Assembly: GCF_006345805.1 (NCBI RefSeq)
Contig: NC_042997.1
Coordinates: 94,426,001-94,490,000, forward strand
DNA from: Octopus sinensis
Lineage: Eukaryota
Direction: 5' to 3'
Length of the DNA stretch: 64,000 bases
Below are positions 10,320-24,210 of the stretch, in pieces; position 1 is the stretch's first letter, and the number at the start of each line of letters is the position of its first letter. The position numbers and the translations under genes were made by a program. The notes under the pieces are model-generated. The model was not told the origin of the DNA, made no database searches, and was given only the letters and a program-made list of their open reading frames with translations.

Positions 10320-10515
10320 TATATTCCCTTCATATGCATACATATCTGTAATGTATATATATATATGTGTGTGTGAGTGTGTGTACATGTGTGTTTCTGT
10401 GTGTATTCGTGCGAGTGTATATGTGCAACTGTTCATACATATAAACCTAAACACATGCACATACACAAATATATATGGATGTATTTATTCACTCTAAATA
10501 TATATATTTTTGTGC

Positions 10516-10584
<69 letters not shown>

Positions 10585-11319
10585 GTGTGTGTGTGTGTAC
10601 ATGTATATGTGAAAAGCAGGAACATAGCCAAAAATGTCTTTCAAGTCCCTAGCATGTTTGTTCAGGTTTATAAAATGATTTCTTGTTGATCAGTTTCTGA
10701 CATAGAAGAAGCAGAAACTATAAGACATATAGATTACTGTTCACCTATATGGAACAGCAGCACTAATAGACCACACCCCACGCACTAAAGGTCACCGACT
10801 AAAGCGTTAGTTCGCAAAAGAATACGTCATCATAATCGATTGCTCCTATGTTGTTGGTTTAGATACGTCTTAAATATACATCCTTCCCTTTCTACCAAAA
10901 TAAAAAGAATAACGTTACATATGTTTATCCTAAAAAAAGCCTATTTAAACAAATGTGGCAAAAACATAATTACAACATTTTACAAATGTAAATATATGCA
11001 TAAAATACACACACATATACATATATGTAAAATTAAAAGTTATTTTCATAATTATAAAGTAAAATGTTTGATTATGAATTGAAAAAAAATTGTCATAAAT
11101 ATAAAATCAATTTTGCCGATATCTGGTGAATCTCTGAATTCACCATCAATGAAATTATCGCTGTGTATATATTGCTGTATAAACCTATATAAATACATAC
11201 ATACATACATATATACATACATACATACATACATACATGCATAATACATACATATGTATAGCTACATTTACATATGATATGTATATATATATATATGTAT
11301 ATTTATATATGTATATATG

Positions 11320-11380
<61 letters not shown>

Positions 11381-11722
11381 ATATATATATATATATATAT
11401 AATATATAATATAATATAATATAATATAATATAATATAATATAATATATTATATATATAATATTTAAATGTACGTATACATATGTATGTGTGTAGTCATG
11501 TATGTCCGTATGCATGACTGGGAATTGCTACAGTGTATTTCTGAATTGTAAAGTTAAGTTTGATTTTAGTTACGCAGAATAATGATAACAGATCTCACTA
11601 ACTCTAAATATATGCTTCAAAGTATTGACTGAATCTCTACATGTGCACCAAATCTGCCAATAATAACAGCTATATTTCTCCAAAATATTGACTTAAATCT
11701 ATCGGTATCGAATTGTATAATA

Positions 11723-12950
11723 CAGCCTTGGCCCAAAGTATTAGGTCACCCCAATGTTTTGGGATTCTGCTTTCTCAATGTTATTGAAACTCGTGCACAT
11801 GGTTTTAATATCCAGCTGACCCTCCTTTACCATCAATTATCACTTTTAAATGGTTATGCATTGAATCAACTAGTTTCTTGCAGGTGCTAGGCGCAATTTT
11901 ACTCCATTCCTCTCTTAACTTTTGGTACAAATGCTCTTTATTTTTAATTGTTGTGTTTCTGATAGCTTTACCAAGAGTTCCCCATAGTTGTTCCATTGGA
12001 TTTAGATCGGGACTTTTTAGCTGGTCAGTCCATGGGAACAATACTCTGTTTCTCAAACCATTGACGAGTGTCCTTTGCTGTATGATATAGAGCATTGTTC
12101 AGTTGAAAGATAACACTGTTTTTCGACACTTCTAGATACAATTTAGCAATTGATGAGTCTAAAACATCCGATAACAGAGAAACATAGGTAGCTAAATTCA
12201 TCCTTCCCTGACATAAAAACATTTCTCCGGGTCCTGTGGCAGACATGCAGGACCATACCATGATAGAAACAACCCCATGTTTGAAGGCTGGTACCAGACA
12301 TTCAGCCTTAAATGCTTCCCCAACTCTGCGACGCACGAAAGTTGCACCAGATGTACAGAAAACCTGGGTAAAATCATGAAAAATAATATTAGCTTTATGC
12401 TGGATACTGTCTTTTATATATCTTGGGCAACAAACATTAAGTTTATGTGTTAATTGAATGCATGTACTATATTACCACATAGTTACTTTCATCAGACAAT
12501 ATGACTTTCGACCATTGGTCGCTGGTCCGATTTGAGTGGTGTTTGGCCCACTGAAGACGTTTTTCGCTTCAGAAACCCATGGCTTCTTCCTGGCTTTACA
12601 GCCTTTCAGACCGTACTCTACAAGCCTTCTTCTAACAGTTTTGGTTTTTCTCCTGCTTCTGAGCAACTGACGGATCATGGTTCTGTCATCACGATGTAAT
12701 GTAATCTTTTTTCTACCTGTTTTTTGTATTGTCTTCACATATTTTGTCTTTCTGAAGCGCTTGAGAGTTGTTTGCATCGCACATATAGAACATTTCATCT
12801 TCCGATTTGCCTTTGAGACATTCCATCTTCATAAGCTACGATTCGACCTTGCTCACACTCACTCAACCCCCTTGTTTTAGGAATTTTACTGTTTATTAAC
12901 TGAATCTACGTCATATTTTAGCATAAAACTCTGAAATAATCCAGGAAACA
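11723..12950 (-). mobile_element. Tc1-type (DD34E) DNA transposon, decayed; one end visible
   Basis: Transposase fragments lie in ORFs 12472..12798, 12025..12336 and 11805..12095. A Tc1-like terminus TA|CAGCCTTGGCCCAAAGTATTAGG starts at 11721. The second TIR was not found, so the right boundary is approximate. Confidence 0.85.
11805..12870 (-). pseudogene. Tc1 transposase pseudogene
   Basis: Motifs KTVRRRLVEYGLKGCKARKKP, LSDES, KHG..SIMVWSCMS, QLNNA (second Asp mutated to Asn), SPDLNPMEQLW and KGGSAGY*. There are 34 residues between the second D position and E once a 1-nt insertion and an internal TGA are corrected. Confidence 0.9.
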
Positions 12951-13003
12951 TAAGTTAATTTTGGACGTTGGTGTTACTCATAACTGGTTGTATGTGTACA
13001 GTA

Positions 13004-13050
13004 TAAAAGCGGTAATTGATACTAAAGGAGGGTCAACCAGATATTAAAAC
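13004..13050 (+). mobile_element. Small fragment of another Tc1 transposase C-terminus
   Basis: AAAGCGGTAATTGATACTAAAGGAGGGTCAACCAGATATTAA translates as KAVIDTKGGSTRY*, the typical Tc1 C-terminal motif. Confidence 0.45.
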
Positions 13051-14329
13051 TAACGTGTGTTGTGAGATATACCATAATCTACCATGTGCTCGAATTTCAT
13101 TAACATTGAAATAGCAGAACCGCATTCAAATGCGATCTTGTTAAACATAGATTGATCTGAGGCTAAACATTGACAAATATAATTTCAACAACACGCACGT
13201 ATAAAATATTCTGTAATTCTTGAAACCTGTTTAATTAACAAGAATAAAAAGATAATCAGAAAGTATATCTTTTCAAAATCAAAACTGTTGAGTTGTAATG
13301 TAGCCAAATATAGAGCAATTGTATTGGCATGATTTTAGAAATTTATAACTTGAGAACATATATCGACAGATGCTTCTGATAACCGACCGCATGCAAACAT
13401 ACACTAATTCTGTTCGACGTTTTGGAATTATTCCGAATATCGAAAATCAAATAAGAGGTATAAGAAAGAGTAATTCTCCAAGATGTAACTGATAGGAAAA
13501 TCAAAGGTAACACGTAGATAAATATGTTCGTTCAGAGCCAAAGATCTTGTTACTATGTATATTGGGAAATATAAATTGTTTGTATGTTTTGTATATTCTG
13601 TTGATCTTAGTACATATTATGTATTGAAATTCTATTAAATATATAAAGTTACTAAATTTGTTTACATTTTATCGGAAAGAAATTTTGGTGTACAAAGGTA
13701 ATTTTTCCCATGCTATCTTTCCGAATTAGATTACGACAACATTGATGCTTATTTACGGGAGCATATTTAGGGGAACATTACATTCATGCAAAAAGATCCC
13801 TATATTTGATAGATACGTATAACAGCGACCCTTGAATTATTAAAATTAATGTCATCCTCGAGTAATTCTGAAAATAAAAGAAAACAATAAAACCAATGAA
13901 TGAATTTAATCTGAATGCCTATGAATTCTGGCGACGTGCTGTTTTACAGTGACGCCCCTTATGACTCTACAGCTCAATGTTTATATTACTTCTGTAAATA
14001 TCAAGATGATATGAGGCATCATATCACCTTGGAATGGAGAAATCAAATGGCAGGTGGTATATATTTCCAATACAAATGCTGAGATCTATAAAAGATAGAA
14101 CTACTTAGTATTGTGGCTCACACGTAACACCAGAAGGTAGAAAAAATAAAGAACTGCATTCGTATTCTTTTATATTATTCATTCGGAGATATCACAGGAC
14201 ACCACTCTCAATATGTTCTACAATCAATTGCCGAAATATGCCGTAGGGTAATCCGGATTAAAAGGATTTCTAAATGTGCACCAAATATCACTCGAAGCTA
14301 GCTAGTGTATACTGAATAGCATGAGCTGA

Positions 14330-14346
14330 GGCTGCTGCTGCTGAGG

Positions 14347-14393
<47 letters not shown>

Positions 14394-14490
14394 GTAGCTG
14401 TTTTTGTTATTGCCCGCTGCTACGGCTTCAAAACCAGCACCAGCACCAGCACCAGCACCAGCACCAGCACCAGCACCAGCACCAACACCA
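14330..14490. repeat. Compound microsatellite (GCT)n-(CTA)n ... (CACCAG)n
   Basis: (CTA)n at about 14348-14392 and (CACCAG)x8 at about 14435-14483. Confidence 0.95.
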
Positions 14491-15397
14491 CAAAAACAAG
14501 AAAATATATGATTTCACTTCTTACACCAGCATCAAATACGCGTACAGAATAAAATTGTGCTGAAGGTCCAGTTTCATGATTTACTGAAAAATGAGTTTAA
14601 AAGTATGTATATGCATTTTTAAGATCAGTTACACTCTAATTAAAATTTATTCCATCTGAAAATCGAAACAATCTCGCAATCGTTGCATCAGAATTTGCAT
14701 ATATTTTGCATCAGTGCAGCTGCGACATTGAACCCCTTTATTATAAGCAATTTATTTGAATACTAGTAATTAAAAAAAAAATTACTGGTGTATTAAATGT
14801 TTAGTTACACTTCTTATTTTTGAGGACATTTTTACTAACAAACCGAACACATACGATAAATATCTTCTGTAGAGAGAACAACTAGACCCCATCCGTGTGA
14901 AATCTTTTTTCCAAATGAATATGCGAATTATAACTTTGCCGGTAAATATAAAACACGACTTAAACAAATCCATTTATAATCTCCAAGCTGCGGTAACGTA
15001 AATTAAGGGCTTCCAATCAATTAGCAGAAATATCGTGCCTACAAGATTACGTCTAGAAACAATACAGATTTTGAAGAACACAACATTCATAAAGCTTCGT
15101 CATTCAGTCTAGAATGCTGGAGCTTACATCTATTTTGGCATATTTTCCTGCAGAATTTTATTTCTTGGTTTCAGATTTATTGATTTTTGCTGTTTTGATT
15201 TGTGTTTTATGGACTTTTGAAGACGAAATGTAACTGTAGAATGTTGGATTTCATTATACTTTATAGAAATTTATCGACTTAGTATACATGCTGGTATTAC
15301 GCATCATATTGTCAATTATTTATGTAAAGATCTACATACGCTTATCTATAGATTCATACAGACAAACAGATAAGTATCTCTATGTACATGCCTATAT

Positions 15398-15460
<63 letters not shown>

Positions 15461-15479
15461 ATACATATGTATGTACAAA

Positions 15480-15634
15480 GCATAGCTGTGTTGTTAAGAA
15501 AGAAACTCACTTTGCAAACACGAGGTGTCCGGGTACCATCCTTGTCAAGTGTCTTTATAATAACCATCAGCAGAAGAATGTCTTTTGAGAGAAATTGGTA
15601 GACGGAAACTGCGAGTAAGCCTGTCGTATATATA

Positions 15635-15722
<88 letters not shown>

Positions 15723-15950
15723 GCGTGTGTGTCTGTGTGTCTATATATGTATGTACGTATATGTGTATGTATTTGTGTGCGTGTCTCTCTCCCTCCCTCC
15801 CCCTCTCTCTCTCTAAATACATATCTAAATGTACTTTCGTGTCCATGTTTGTCACCCTGCCTACCGCTTAAGAACCGATGTTGATTTGTTTACGTCCCTG
15901 TAAAATATCGGTTCGGCAAAAGTGATCGATAGAATAAGAACCAGACTTAA
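15480..15950 (+). mobile_element. Degenerate SINE of the same family
   Basis: TTGGTAGACGGAAACTG, microsatellite core and GGTTCGGCAAAAG..A.CGATAGAATAAG. Confidence 0.75.
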
Positions 15951-16019
15951 TAATATGAAGTTGAACGAGAATCTTAGGTAGTGATTTTGTGAACTCCCAA
16001 TCAATTGTCCATAGATATC

Positions 16020-16560
16020 CTATTTCACTTGTAATATCTCTAACCACAATGAAGTTCAGACGGCAACTGATTTCCTCAACGGAGCCCGTCTTTTCTTTGT
16101 GATCTCACACGACAATATCTGTCCAGTTGTGTTTTAACTTTGTGACTGTTTTAATTTTTATGTTCCACTAATATTGCTTGGACCTGTTGGGTTCAATATA
16201 GTCACCTTTGTCTCTTGGTACTTTTCTTTATGTTATCCTGCTAGAAACTGTTCTGGCTACCATATCATGTCTCATGTGATGAGAATATCTAGAAGATATT
16301 CTCTTAGAGTTATCAATAACGTAGTTGATGTTTTCAATCTTGGTTTCGCCCAGCCTAGATTTGCTGTTTGCTAATACCATCATCGGTACTTGGGATACTT
16401 TGTCCATTCCTTATCAAGCTTTTTATATGACCATTTTCTTTTATGCTTTGTGTTTTTTTTAGCCAAATCTGCATGTATTATCTTCCTTAGTAACTGGTCC
16501 ATATTTCTTTAGTTTGTTCTTTTGATAAATAGATGTTACCAAGACTCCTTGACAAGACGT
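16020..16560 (-). mobile_element. Old RLE-type (R4-like) non-LTR C-terminal remnant
   Basis: Minus-strand motifs MRHDMVAR and WNIKIKTVTKLKHNWTDIVV*DHKEK..VEEISC, read across stops. Confidence 0.6.
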
Positions 16561-17570
16561 CTGTATCTGTTTCATACCCCTTCTAAAGTTCGTTAGCTAT
16601 ACATGACATTTTGACAGACTACTGGCGGTGATTTCTAACTTTGGCTACTTTGGTGAATGGGAAACATGACGGCTGTTGACAGCCATATAGGCATATTTAA
16701 CGTAACCGTGATGCTCTTCACAAGCAGTTTTATTAAATCTCACAAATAGAAATTGAGGTTTTTAATGAATATTTTGTGATACGGTCTGGACCTGGGGAAT
16801 CCTGCTTTAGTATCATTCTCAGGATTTTTCAAGTAGAGCCCCGTTGATTTAGTAGGTTTTTGTTTAACATATTTGTAGTATTCCTGCTATAATTCATCTT
16901 TACATTCAGCGTTTTCATTCCTTTCCCAAATTGATCTCAATTAGCTTTCCATCCGTTCTGTCAATGGAATGATTTTTACTGATATTATCTTATTTTGTTT
17001 CAGGCTTCGATGTACAGGTGCACAGCGTGCACAGTAAAGAATTACTGATTATTTAAATAAGTTTATTTTATTAAATTTAGTTCGAAATTGCATAAAAACA
17101 ATTAAAATGCGCTCCTCGACATTCCATTCTTCATGTACATTCCATTGTTTGATTATATTCGGCGAGTAAAATGTTCTAGTAGGGCAGCCAACAGGCAAAG
17201 TGAGATTGTAGCTCTGTAAAAAGCGTGGCATCAAGTTTTAATGTTGATCTCTGAACAGTCTATAGTGCCATGAAAGGCTACAGTGAGACAATTTCAATTG
17301 GCAGCAAGCCCATTCCTGGTCGAAAACTTTCTATAAAAACCTTCAAGGTTTTTGAAACTTGTCTCTGTCTGTACACATATATACTCCCTACCCTTAACCG
17401 AAAGCTGAACAGTTATCTCCCTTACCTACAACAATAACAGTAATAACGGCAACCAATTGCCTTAATTTATTTATCTATTTGTGAAGTCATTCTCTCGTGG
17501 ATTTCATCACACACAACATGGACAGAATTTCTTCTTAAGAAAAAATATATATTCAAATAAGTAAGACATA

Positions 17571-17605
17571 ATATCATGAATAGCGATATCGAAACCGGTC
17601 GATAT
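17571..17605 (+). ncRNA. Degenerate hammerhead-like motif (group H4)
   Basis: ATATC-ATGAATA-GCGATATC-GAAAC-CG-GTC-GATAT. It has a 5-bp stem I, an ACCGGT palindrome and a GUC triplet, with a degenerate CUGANGA box. Confidence 0.3.
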
Positions 17606-17715
17606 ATTAAAAATTATATTAAAACTATGTAAGTGTGCGTATTTTCCTTTTTTAATTTCTTATATTCATTACAACTCACCACGTGGGGATAATCGAAATT
17701 CCTCTTTTCTGTTAC

Positions 17716-17761
<46 letters not shown>

Positions 17762-17767
<6 letters not shown>

Positions 17768-18010
17768 AACAAGTCAAGATAGAAAATGCTCTAATAATTT
17801 TATAAAGAACTTTTCAGTACCGGTTTCCGTTATTGGAGACCTTTTCAACTGTAACAATTAAATAATTAAATTTAGAAAAATTAAAAGAAAAAGTTTTTAA
17901 AAAGATTATTTGTATAGTTTTCAAAAATAAGTGGCATTTTTCCTTGTTTCTGCCTTTCTCTGTCTCTCTTGCTTACTCTTGTGGGTTCAAGGTCGTTGTG
18001 AATTCTTGGT
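17762..18010 (-). repeat. Interspersed repeat, copy 2 (carries H3 motif)
   Basis: Collinear similarity with 9545-9810. Confidence 0.8.
17815..17851 (-). ncRNA. Hammerhead-like motif (group H3)
   Basis: Minus strand: CAG-TTGAAAA-GGTC(TCCAAT)AACG-GAAAC-CG-GTA-CTG. Stem I CAG/CTG and GAAAC are intact, stem II is damaged. Confidence 0.45.
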
Positions 18011-19851
18011 AGGGAAGAAGAATCCATATCAAAATCCAGGACAAGTTATTAAAATTATCGCAATCAAACTTATCAAGAGGCATTACTGACAATAATTTCA
18101 GAGTTAAGAACGACATACGCATTATATTTGTTCGAGATAAAATATATAAAGGGACTCCAATGGAACCATTTATATTTGAAAATTGTATGTAGCTGATGGC
18201 CTATTGACAATTAGATTAGATATTTTATTAAAGAAATGCAGTAAACTTAAGATGAATGTTATGCTTACCAAACAAGAGTAAATTTTACAGCTGAAAAGAT
18301 TTAGGACACTGTAAAATTTATGTGCTATGTACATTTACAGAACTGGCTCCACTCTTCGTATAAAAGCATCCCGTAGAAAGGGCAAGCTTTGTTTCCAACG
18401 ATACCATCGACTTAGTATCATCAACTCTGCGATAATCACCAAAATAAAATCGCACCAAACGTAGAAGGGTTTGACTGTCGATTATATGCAAGTTTATTGA
18501 CCGTTGCTTCCAGTTAGCTCAACTAGGTTATATATGTGTATTCCGAATATATGTATATGTATATAACATAAAGTAACAAACTCAGGAAAAGAAATCCTTC
18601 AAATCTGTCTGTTAAACATCCACTTCACTGGTACGTCAGTGGAATACTATATGAATATTGGGATGATGCAATTACAAAGATTAATTAAATAGAGAGATAC
18701 TATTGACAATCCAATAATTCATTTATATCATAATATTACATGATATACTATGAATATAATATAACGTAATATTATATAACATAAACAATTATAAAAATGT
18801 ATGTAAGTGGAAGGAATTTGTTGGCCTTTTATGGTTTTTTAAAATAATTGTTTATGTTATATACTATTATGTTATATTATATTCATCATATATCATGTAA
18901 TATTATAATATAAACAAATTATTGGATTGTCAATAGTATCTCCCTATTTGCTTTATCTTTATATATATAACATATTCATAAATTATAAAAGGAATGACAC
19001 TAAGTTATTATTTCATACCGAATTCATTACATATATATCTATATGTGTGTGTGTGTGTGTATTGATTATATACGACATATATATATATATATGTATCTGT
19101 GTGTTTGCGTGCATGTGTTGATTATCTATCTGTCTATGTATATCTCTCTCTCTCTTTCTATCTCTCTCTCTATGTATCTATCTAGCTGTGTGCGTGTGTG
19201 TGTTCGTGTGTGTGACTGTACGTGAATGTATATGTGTGTGTGTGGTTAGCCAGAGATGACAATTCAAATCACACGAAACACGACATTATAAGTGAAATAA
19301 TCTCACATGAGATGTTGTAGCATAACATTGTGGTAGATATTATAACCGAATATTTCATTCGTAAAGAGATATTTATACACACTGAAATATGTAATTTGCC
19401 CGCCAGGAGCATTGACTTGAGGCATAAAAATGTTAGTTTAAGACAAAATCAAAATAAATCAATAAACACGTTGATCATAAATTCCGTAAATTCGAACAAA
19501 GTACGGTGTTACAGGTGAACTACATCATACACGAAAATTTGCATAGGTTACCTATAACAATCTAAAAGTATTCATAGAAAGAAAACATTTACATCAAAGA
19601 AAGTCAAAAATTAACCATAGTCTAAGCTGGGAAGATTTTCATACACACTTTACAAATATGCATATATACACTCTTACACATTGGCTATTCGCAATTTACA
19701 AGCGAAAGGCAACAGGTATGGTCAACAAGTATAATAGTCACTAAAGTGACTGAGGGTGCTAGTTAGTACAAACATTGCTAGAAATAAGGGTGAAAACAAC
19801 TCGTAGCCACGTGAGGCTACTTTTATAACGACTGACAAGGGAGGCAAGTGA

Positions 19852-19939
<88 letters not shown>

Positions 19940-20010
19940 AATATATGTATGTGTGTATATGTATCCGTTAATCCATACGCATTTTTTCTTTGTTTTTCTT
20001 CCTCTCAATT

Positions 20011-20047
20011 ATTTCTGTCGAAGAGTGTAGGCTCGAAGTGTCAAAGA
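20011..20047 (+). ncRNA. Degenerate hammerhead-like motif (group H1)
   Basis: ATTT-CTGTCGA-A-GAGT(GTAG)GCTC-GAAGT-GTC-AAAGA. Near copy of 8890-8927 with a GUC triplet and a damaged GAAAC box. Confidence 0.5.
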
Positions 20048-20131
20048 CTACCATTCTTCTAGGGTGTTGAAGTAATACACTTGCTTCTTGTTCCTTTACC
20101 TGTCTTTGTCTTTTTTTTGTAAATTTGAACA

Positions 20132-20185
<54 letters not shown>

Positions 20186-21411
20186 AATTAACGAGTTCGC
20201 ATCGCAATAAAAATGTTCGGCTCCAATCCTTTTATACTATTTTTCTCTCTGTTAACATAGTCTAAGATCGATCTACATCTTGATAATGAAACAGGCGAGA
20301 GGGCAACTGTTCGGAAGGCCGTGTATATTTGTATTTCGAAAGGCCAGCCTTATTACAAGATATTTTACCTTAATGTAGGCATAGGGTTACATTAGGAATG
20401 CTCGTGTCTTTGAAATAATGTATCATCTATAGCACCATTCAATGAGCATGTATTCTAATTGATTAGGCAAATGACCAGCAATTGTTAGAATCGAATGAGA
20501 GACAATTTCTCTTACTAAATGTATGCACATAAACAGGTGTGTATTACGTTTGTAATTTATATACAGACACGGAACAGTACTAATTGCAATATTTTATCTA
20601 TGAGCAGTATCTCAAAGAGATGTATGAGGCAATGAATACAAAGATTCGCTAAGGTAGTTGGAGGATCGCTAAATCGGTTTCTTGACCTGATTTCCTCTCT
20701 ACAGCAATGAGAAAATAATTCTAAATTGAATGAAGACCTTACATTTTAAGACATCATGAAAACTAGAATTAATTTGTAAAAATCTTCATATGTTACATTT
20801 TATGTATAAACGTTTGTAAATGCGGATAAATTTGTACATATATGCGTATGCCTGTATGTGTTAATATTTGTGTCTGCGTTTCTGTATGTGTGCATCTGTG
20901 TGTATGTGTTCGTGTGCGCGTGTGTAAATGCATGTGATTTGCTTACACACATACATACGAAATTTTGAAAGAGATTGAATAATTATTTCTCTTAATATGC
21001 CTTCAAAATATTGTATTACTTTTACTAGATACATGCATAAGTATATATGCATACATATTTATGTGTGCATATCGATTATAGATGCATATCATACATATAT
21101 TTACATACATTTATATGTGTGTTTGCGCGTAGGTATATGTATATGTCCATATGTATATTATAGACTTATATGCACACACAGACACACAAATATACATACA
21201 TACATATATACATACATACACATATATACACATACACACATATATATAAAATTCATGATGAATAAATATAATATAAACAGACAGAAAATAGAAATTTCTC
21301 ATGTCTCTTGCATTAGATGTTGAATTTAAAATAATGATTTTCTGATATGTCATTTGATGTAAAATATTCCTTTGTTCGGGATCAAACAAATTTCTTGCTA
21401 TAAAATGTTGG

Positions 21412-21437
21412 TGATAATAATAATAATAATAATAATG

Positions 21438-21490
<53 letters not shown>
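21412..21490. repeat. (TAA)n tract 5' of the R4 copy
   Basis: Visible trinucleotide run. Similar runs occur at 22652-22800, 46920-47040, 48990-49220, 57529-57598, 60100-60190 and 62382-62490. Confidence 0.97.
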
Positions 21491-21491
<1 letters not shown>

Positions 21492-22651
21492 GTAGAAGAC
21501 AAAAAGAGAGCTCCTGCGACAAGTGAGAAAAATATTGGCTTCAAAACAGAATTCCAGAAACAATTTTGGCAGTAAACTCGCGCGCAGTCGCAGTAGTTTG
21601 GTATGGCGTTGGAATTCAAAAGTGGAATTCAAAAGGAGGAGTTAAAGGAGATGGACAGGTATCGCTTATACATAGGAAAAGTAAATGGAGGAAGGAGACT
21701 GATAAGTGTGGAAGACTGCGTGCGTGTCGAACTCGAGAGCTTAATGAAATACCTAGCCCAAAGTAAGGAAACAGTTAGGAACGAGGGGGAATTGAGAGCA
21801 GAAATATAGGAAAACAAAGAAAGACGTATAAAAAAGAACATGGGGAAAAATTACGTATGAAGAACTACACAACCAATTTCATATAGTCGCAACAGAAGTT
21901 GCTGTAAAAATAGGTGGGATTAGCTGATGAAAGGCACCCTAAAAAAGAAACCGAGAGCACTATACTCGCAGCGCAGAGCAAAGTTCTGGCCACGAACTGG
22001 AGAGTAAACCTGAGGAATGAGCCAGTGTCTCTGCTGTGCAATAGAGTGAATGAAACCATTGCCCATGTCAAGAACGATTGCCCTAGACTTGCGCAAGACC
22101 ACCACAAGTTGTGGCGACACAACCAGGTAGCGAAAGTGCTACATTAGAAACTATGTGAAAAGTGGGGGTTAAAGAGAGGCAAGACCTGCTATGAGCACAA
22201 ACCTCAGAAAGTGGCAGAATCGGAGACTGGCAAAATCCTCTGGGATTTCCCAGTCAAAACAGAGCATAACAGACCGGAACATATGCTATATAGTTGATGT
22301 TCCATACCCCTTTGACCCACGAATAATCAAGATGGAAGGCGAAAAGATATATATAAATAAAACCCTCTTAAGTGCAAAATACCCCGGCTATATAAGATGG
22401 TGAAGATAGTGCCAATCATTGTTGGGTCCTTGGGAAAAGTATTAGAAGGCATTAAAGGGTATATAAAGGAAATTGGAATAGAGTGCTAAGTAGAACATAT
22501 ACAAAGTGTTGCCTCCTTGGTACGGCCAGAATAACCAGGAAACTATTAGCTAGCCGAAAAGAACGGATAGGATGGTACCGTAGGCTGCAGGTAGCAAGTC
22601 CGCTACGCAAGCAAGTCTCCACGAGTTCCAACAAAACCTGTGGTAAAGAGA
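21491..22651 (+). mobile_element. R4/Dong-type non-LTR retrotransposon, 5'-truncated and decayed (family B)
   Basis: Motifs AVNSRAVAVV.YG, ELKEMDR, RLY...GGRRLISVEDCV, ETESTILAAQ, C..ETIAHV..C..LAQ...RHNQVAKVLH, ILWDFPV, IVDVPYPFD and VPIIVGSLG (CCHC knuckle plus restriction-like endonuclease). Flanked by (TAA)n on both sides. Confidence 0.9.
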
Positions 22652-22730
22652 AATAATAATAATAGTCGTAGTAGTAGTAGCAATCATAATAATAATAACA
22701 ACAACAACAACAGTAATAATAATAATAATA

Positions 22731-22782
<52 letters not shown>

Positions 22783-23175
22783 TGATGATAATAATAATGA
22801 TAATAATATTTGTTTTATTAAAATGTAACAAAATAAATTATTATTGGACTTAATAGATACATTATGTAATTTCATGGTGGCCATCGTTACACGTAGTTTT
22901 ATATCTGTAGAATTATATTGGAATACTATAATGACATACATTCCGAAAATCCTTGAAAGATGTATGTATGCTAGCTAGTCAGACATTCGATATTTGAATG
23001 CTAGTTAGGCAGATATTTCATGAACATCACCTCAAGAAATATCCGTTCAGCGACCAAATGCTAACAGAAATCAATATAAATAAAGGGGAGAAACAAGCAA
23101 ATTATAAGTTATTCTCATTAGAAAAGATGAAGAGAAAGCTAAATTTAAAAGCTTTATTATTTAGAAGAATCAGTG

Positions 23176-23511
23176 AAGGCGCATGGCTCAGTGGTTAGAG
23201 CGTCGAGCTTACGATCGTGAGGTTGTGAGCTCGAATCCTGGACCGGGCTGCGTGTTGTGTTCTCGAGCAAGGCACTTTATTTCACGTTGCTCCAGTTCAC
23301 TCAGCTGTAGAAATGAGTTGCGACGTCACTGGTGCCAAGCTGTTTCGACCTTTGTCTTTCCCTTGGATAACACTGGTGGCGTGGAGAGGGGAGGCTGGTA
23401 TGCATGGGCGACTGCTGGTCTTCCATAAAAACAACCTCGCCCGGACTTGTGTCTAGGAGGGTAACTTTCTAGGTGCAATCCCATGGTCTGTGTCGTGACC
23501 GAAGGGGGTCT
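23176..23511 (+). mobile_element. Full-length tRNA-derived SINE with intact-looking Pol III boxes
   Basis: GGCGCATGGCTCAGTGGTTAGAGC (A box) and GAGCTCGAATCC (B box), followed by GAGCAAGGCACTTTATTTCACGTTGCTCCAGTTCACTCAGCTGTAGAAATG and a non-tRNA body. Confidence 0.85.
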
Positions 23512-23513
23512 CC

Positions 23514-23548
<35 letters not shown>

Positions 23549-23851
23549 TATATCAGCTCGCTCTGATACCATGAGTTGAGGTGATGTCTTCTAGTGCCTT
23601 CAAATTTAATACACAATTATTAATAATTGAGACGCAATTATTTATTATTGAAGAGTCCTACGCTGAAGAGTCCTACGCTGAATAGTTGGGTAAGACATAA
23701 TTATTTAAAATTTTTATGCTTTCCTATAACTTAATTTCGAAACGTACGTCCGTAGGTGACTTAATATAGAATGATTGTCGTCATTTCTTTCTCTTCTGCG
23801 TGCGTTATTTACCTTTTAAGTGCTGTGGTTTTACTGGGATCTCCCTTTTAA

Positions 23852-23903
<52 letters not shown>

Positions 23904-24063
23904 TATATATAATATATATATATAAGAGTAAATAATTTCTTTAATGGTTTTTTAAAAAACCAACAATTATTTACTGGTAGATTTCGGCATGTAAATATAA
24001 CCATTAACGGTAGGAACTTCGGAACTTCTGTAAAGTTCAGTATATATATATATTGTATATAAA

Positions 24064-24210
24064 TAAAAGGGGCAGGCAACAGGTTGCTTGGCCGCATACC
24101 GAAAAAATTGTCGTATGTGGAGTCCCATTTGTAGAAAACAGAAATAAACAGTCTATGGCTGCCATTTCTAATTTTTTCGGTATGCGGCTAAGCAGCCTGT
24201 TGCCTGCCCC

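Noticed and set aside
14435-14485. (CACCAG)n as a Pro-Ala-rich coding exon
   Set aside because: No splice context or flanking open frame of normal composition; treated as a microsatellite.
23176-23250. tRNA gene
   Set aside because: A and B boxes are present, but the cloverleaf does not close properly and the sequence continues into a SINE body.
23651-23682. 15-bp direct repeat GAAGAGTCCTACGCT x2 as a target-site duplication
   Set aside because: The copies are adjacent with nothing between them, so this is a simple micro-duplication.
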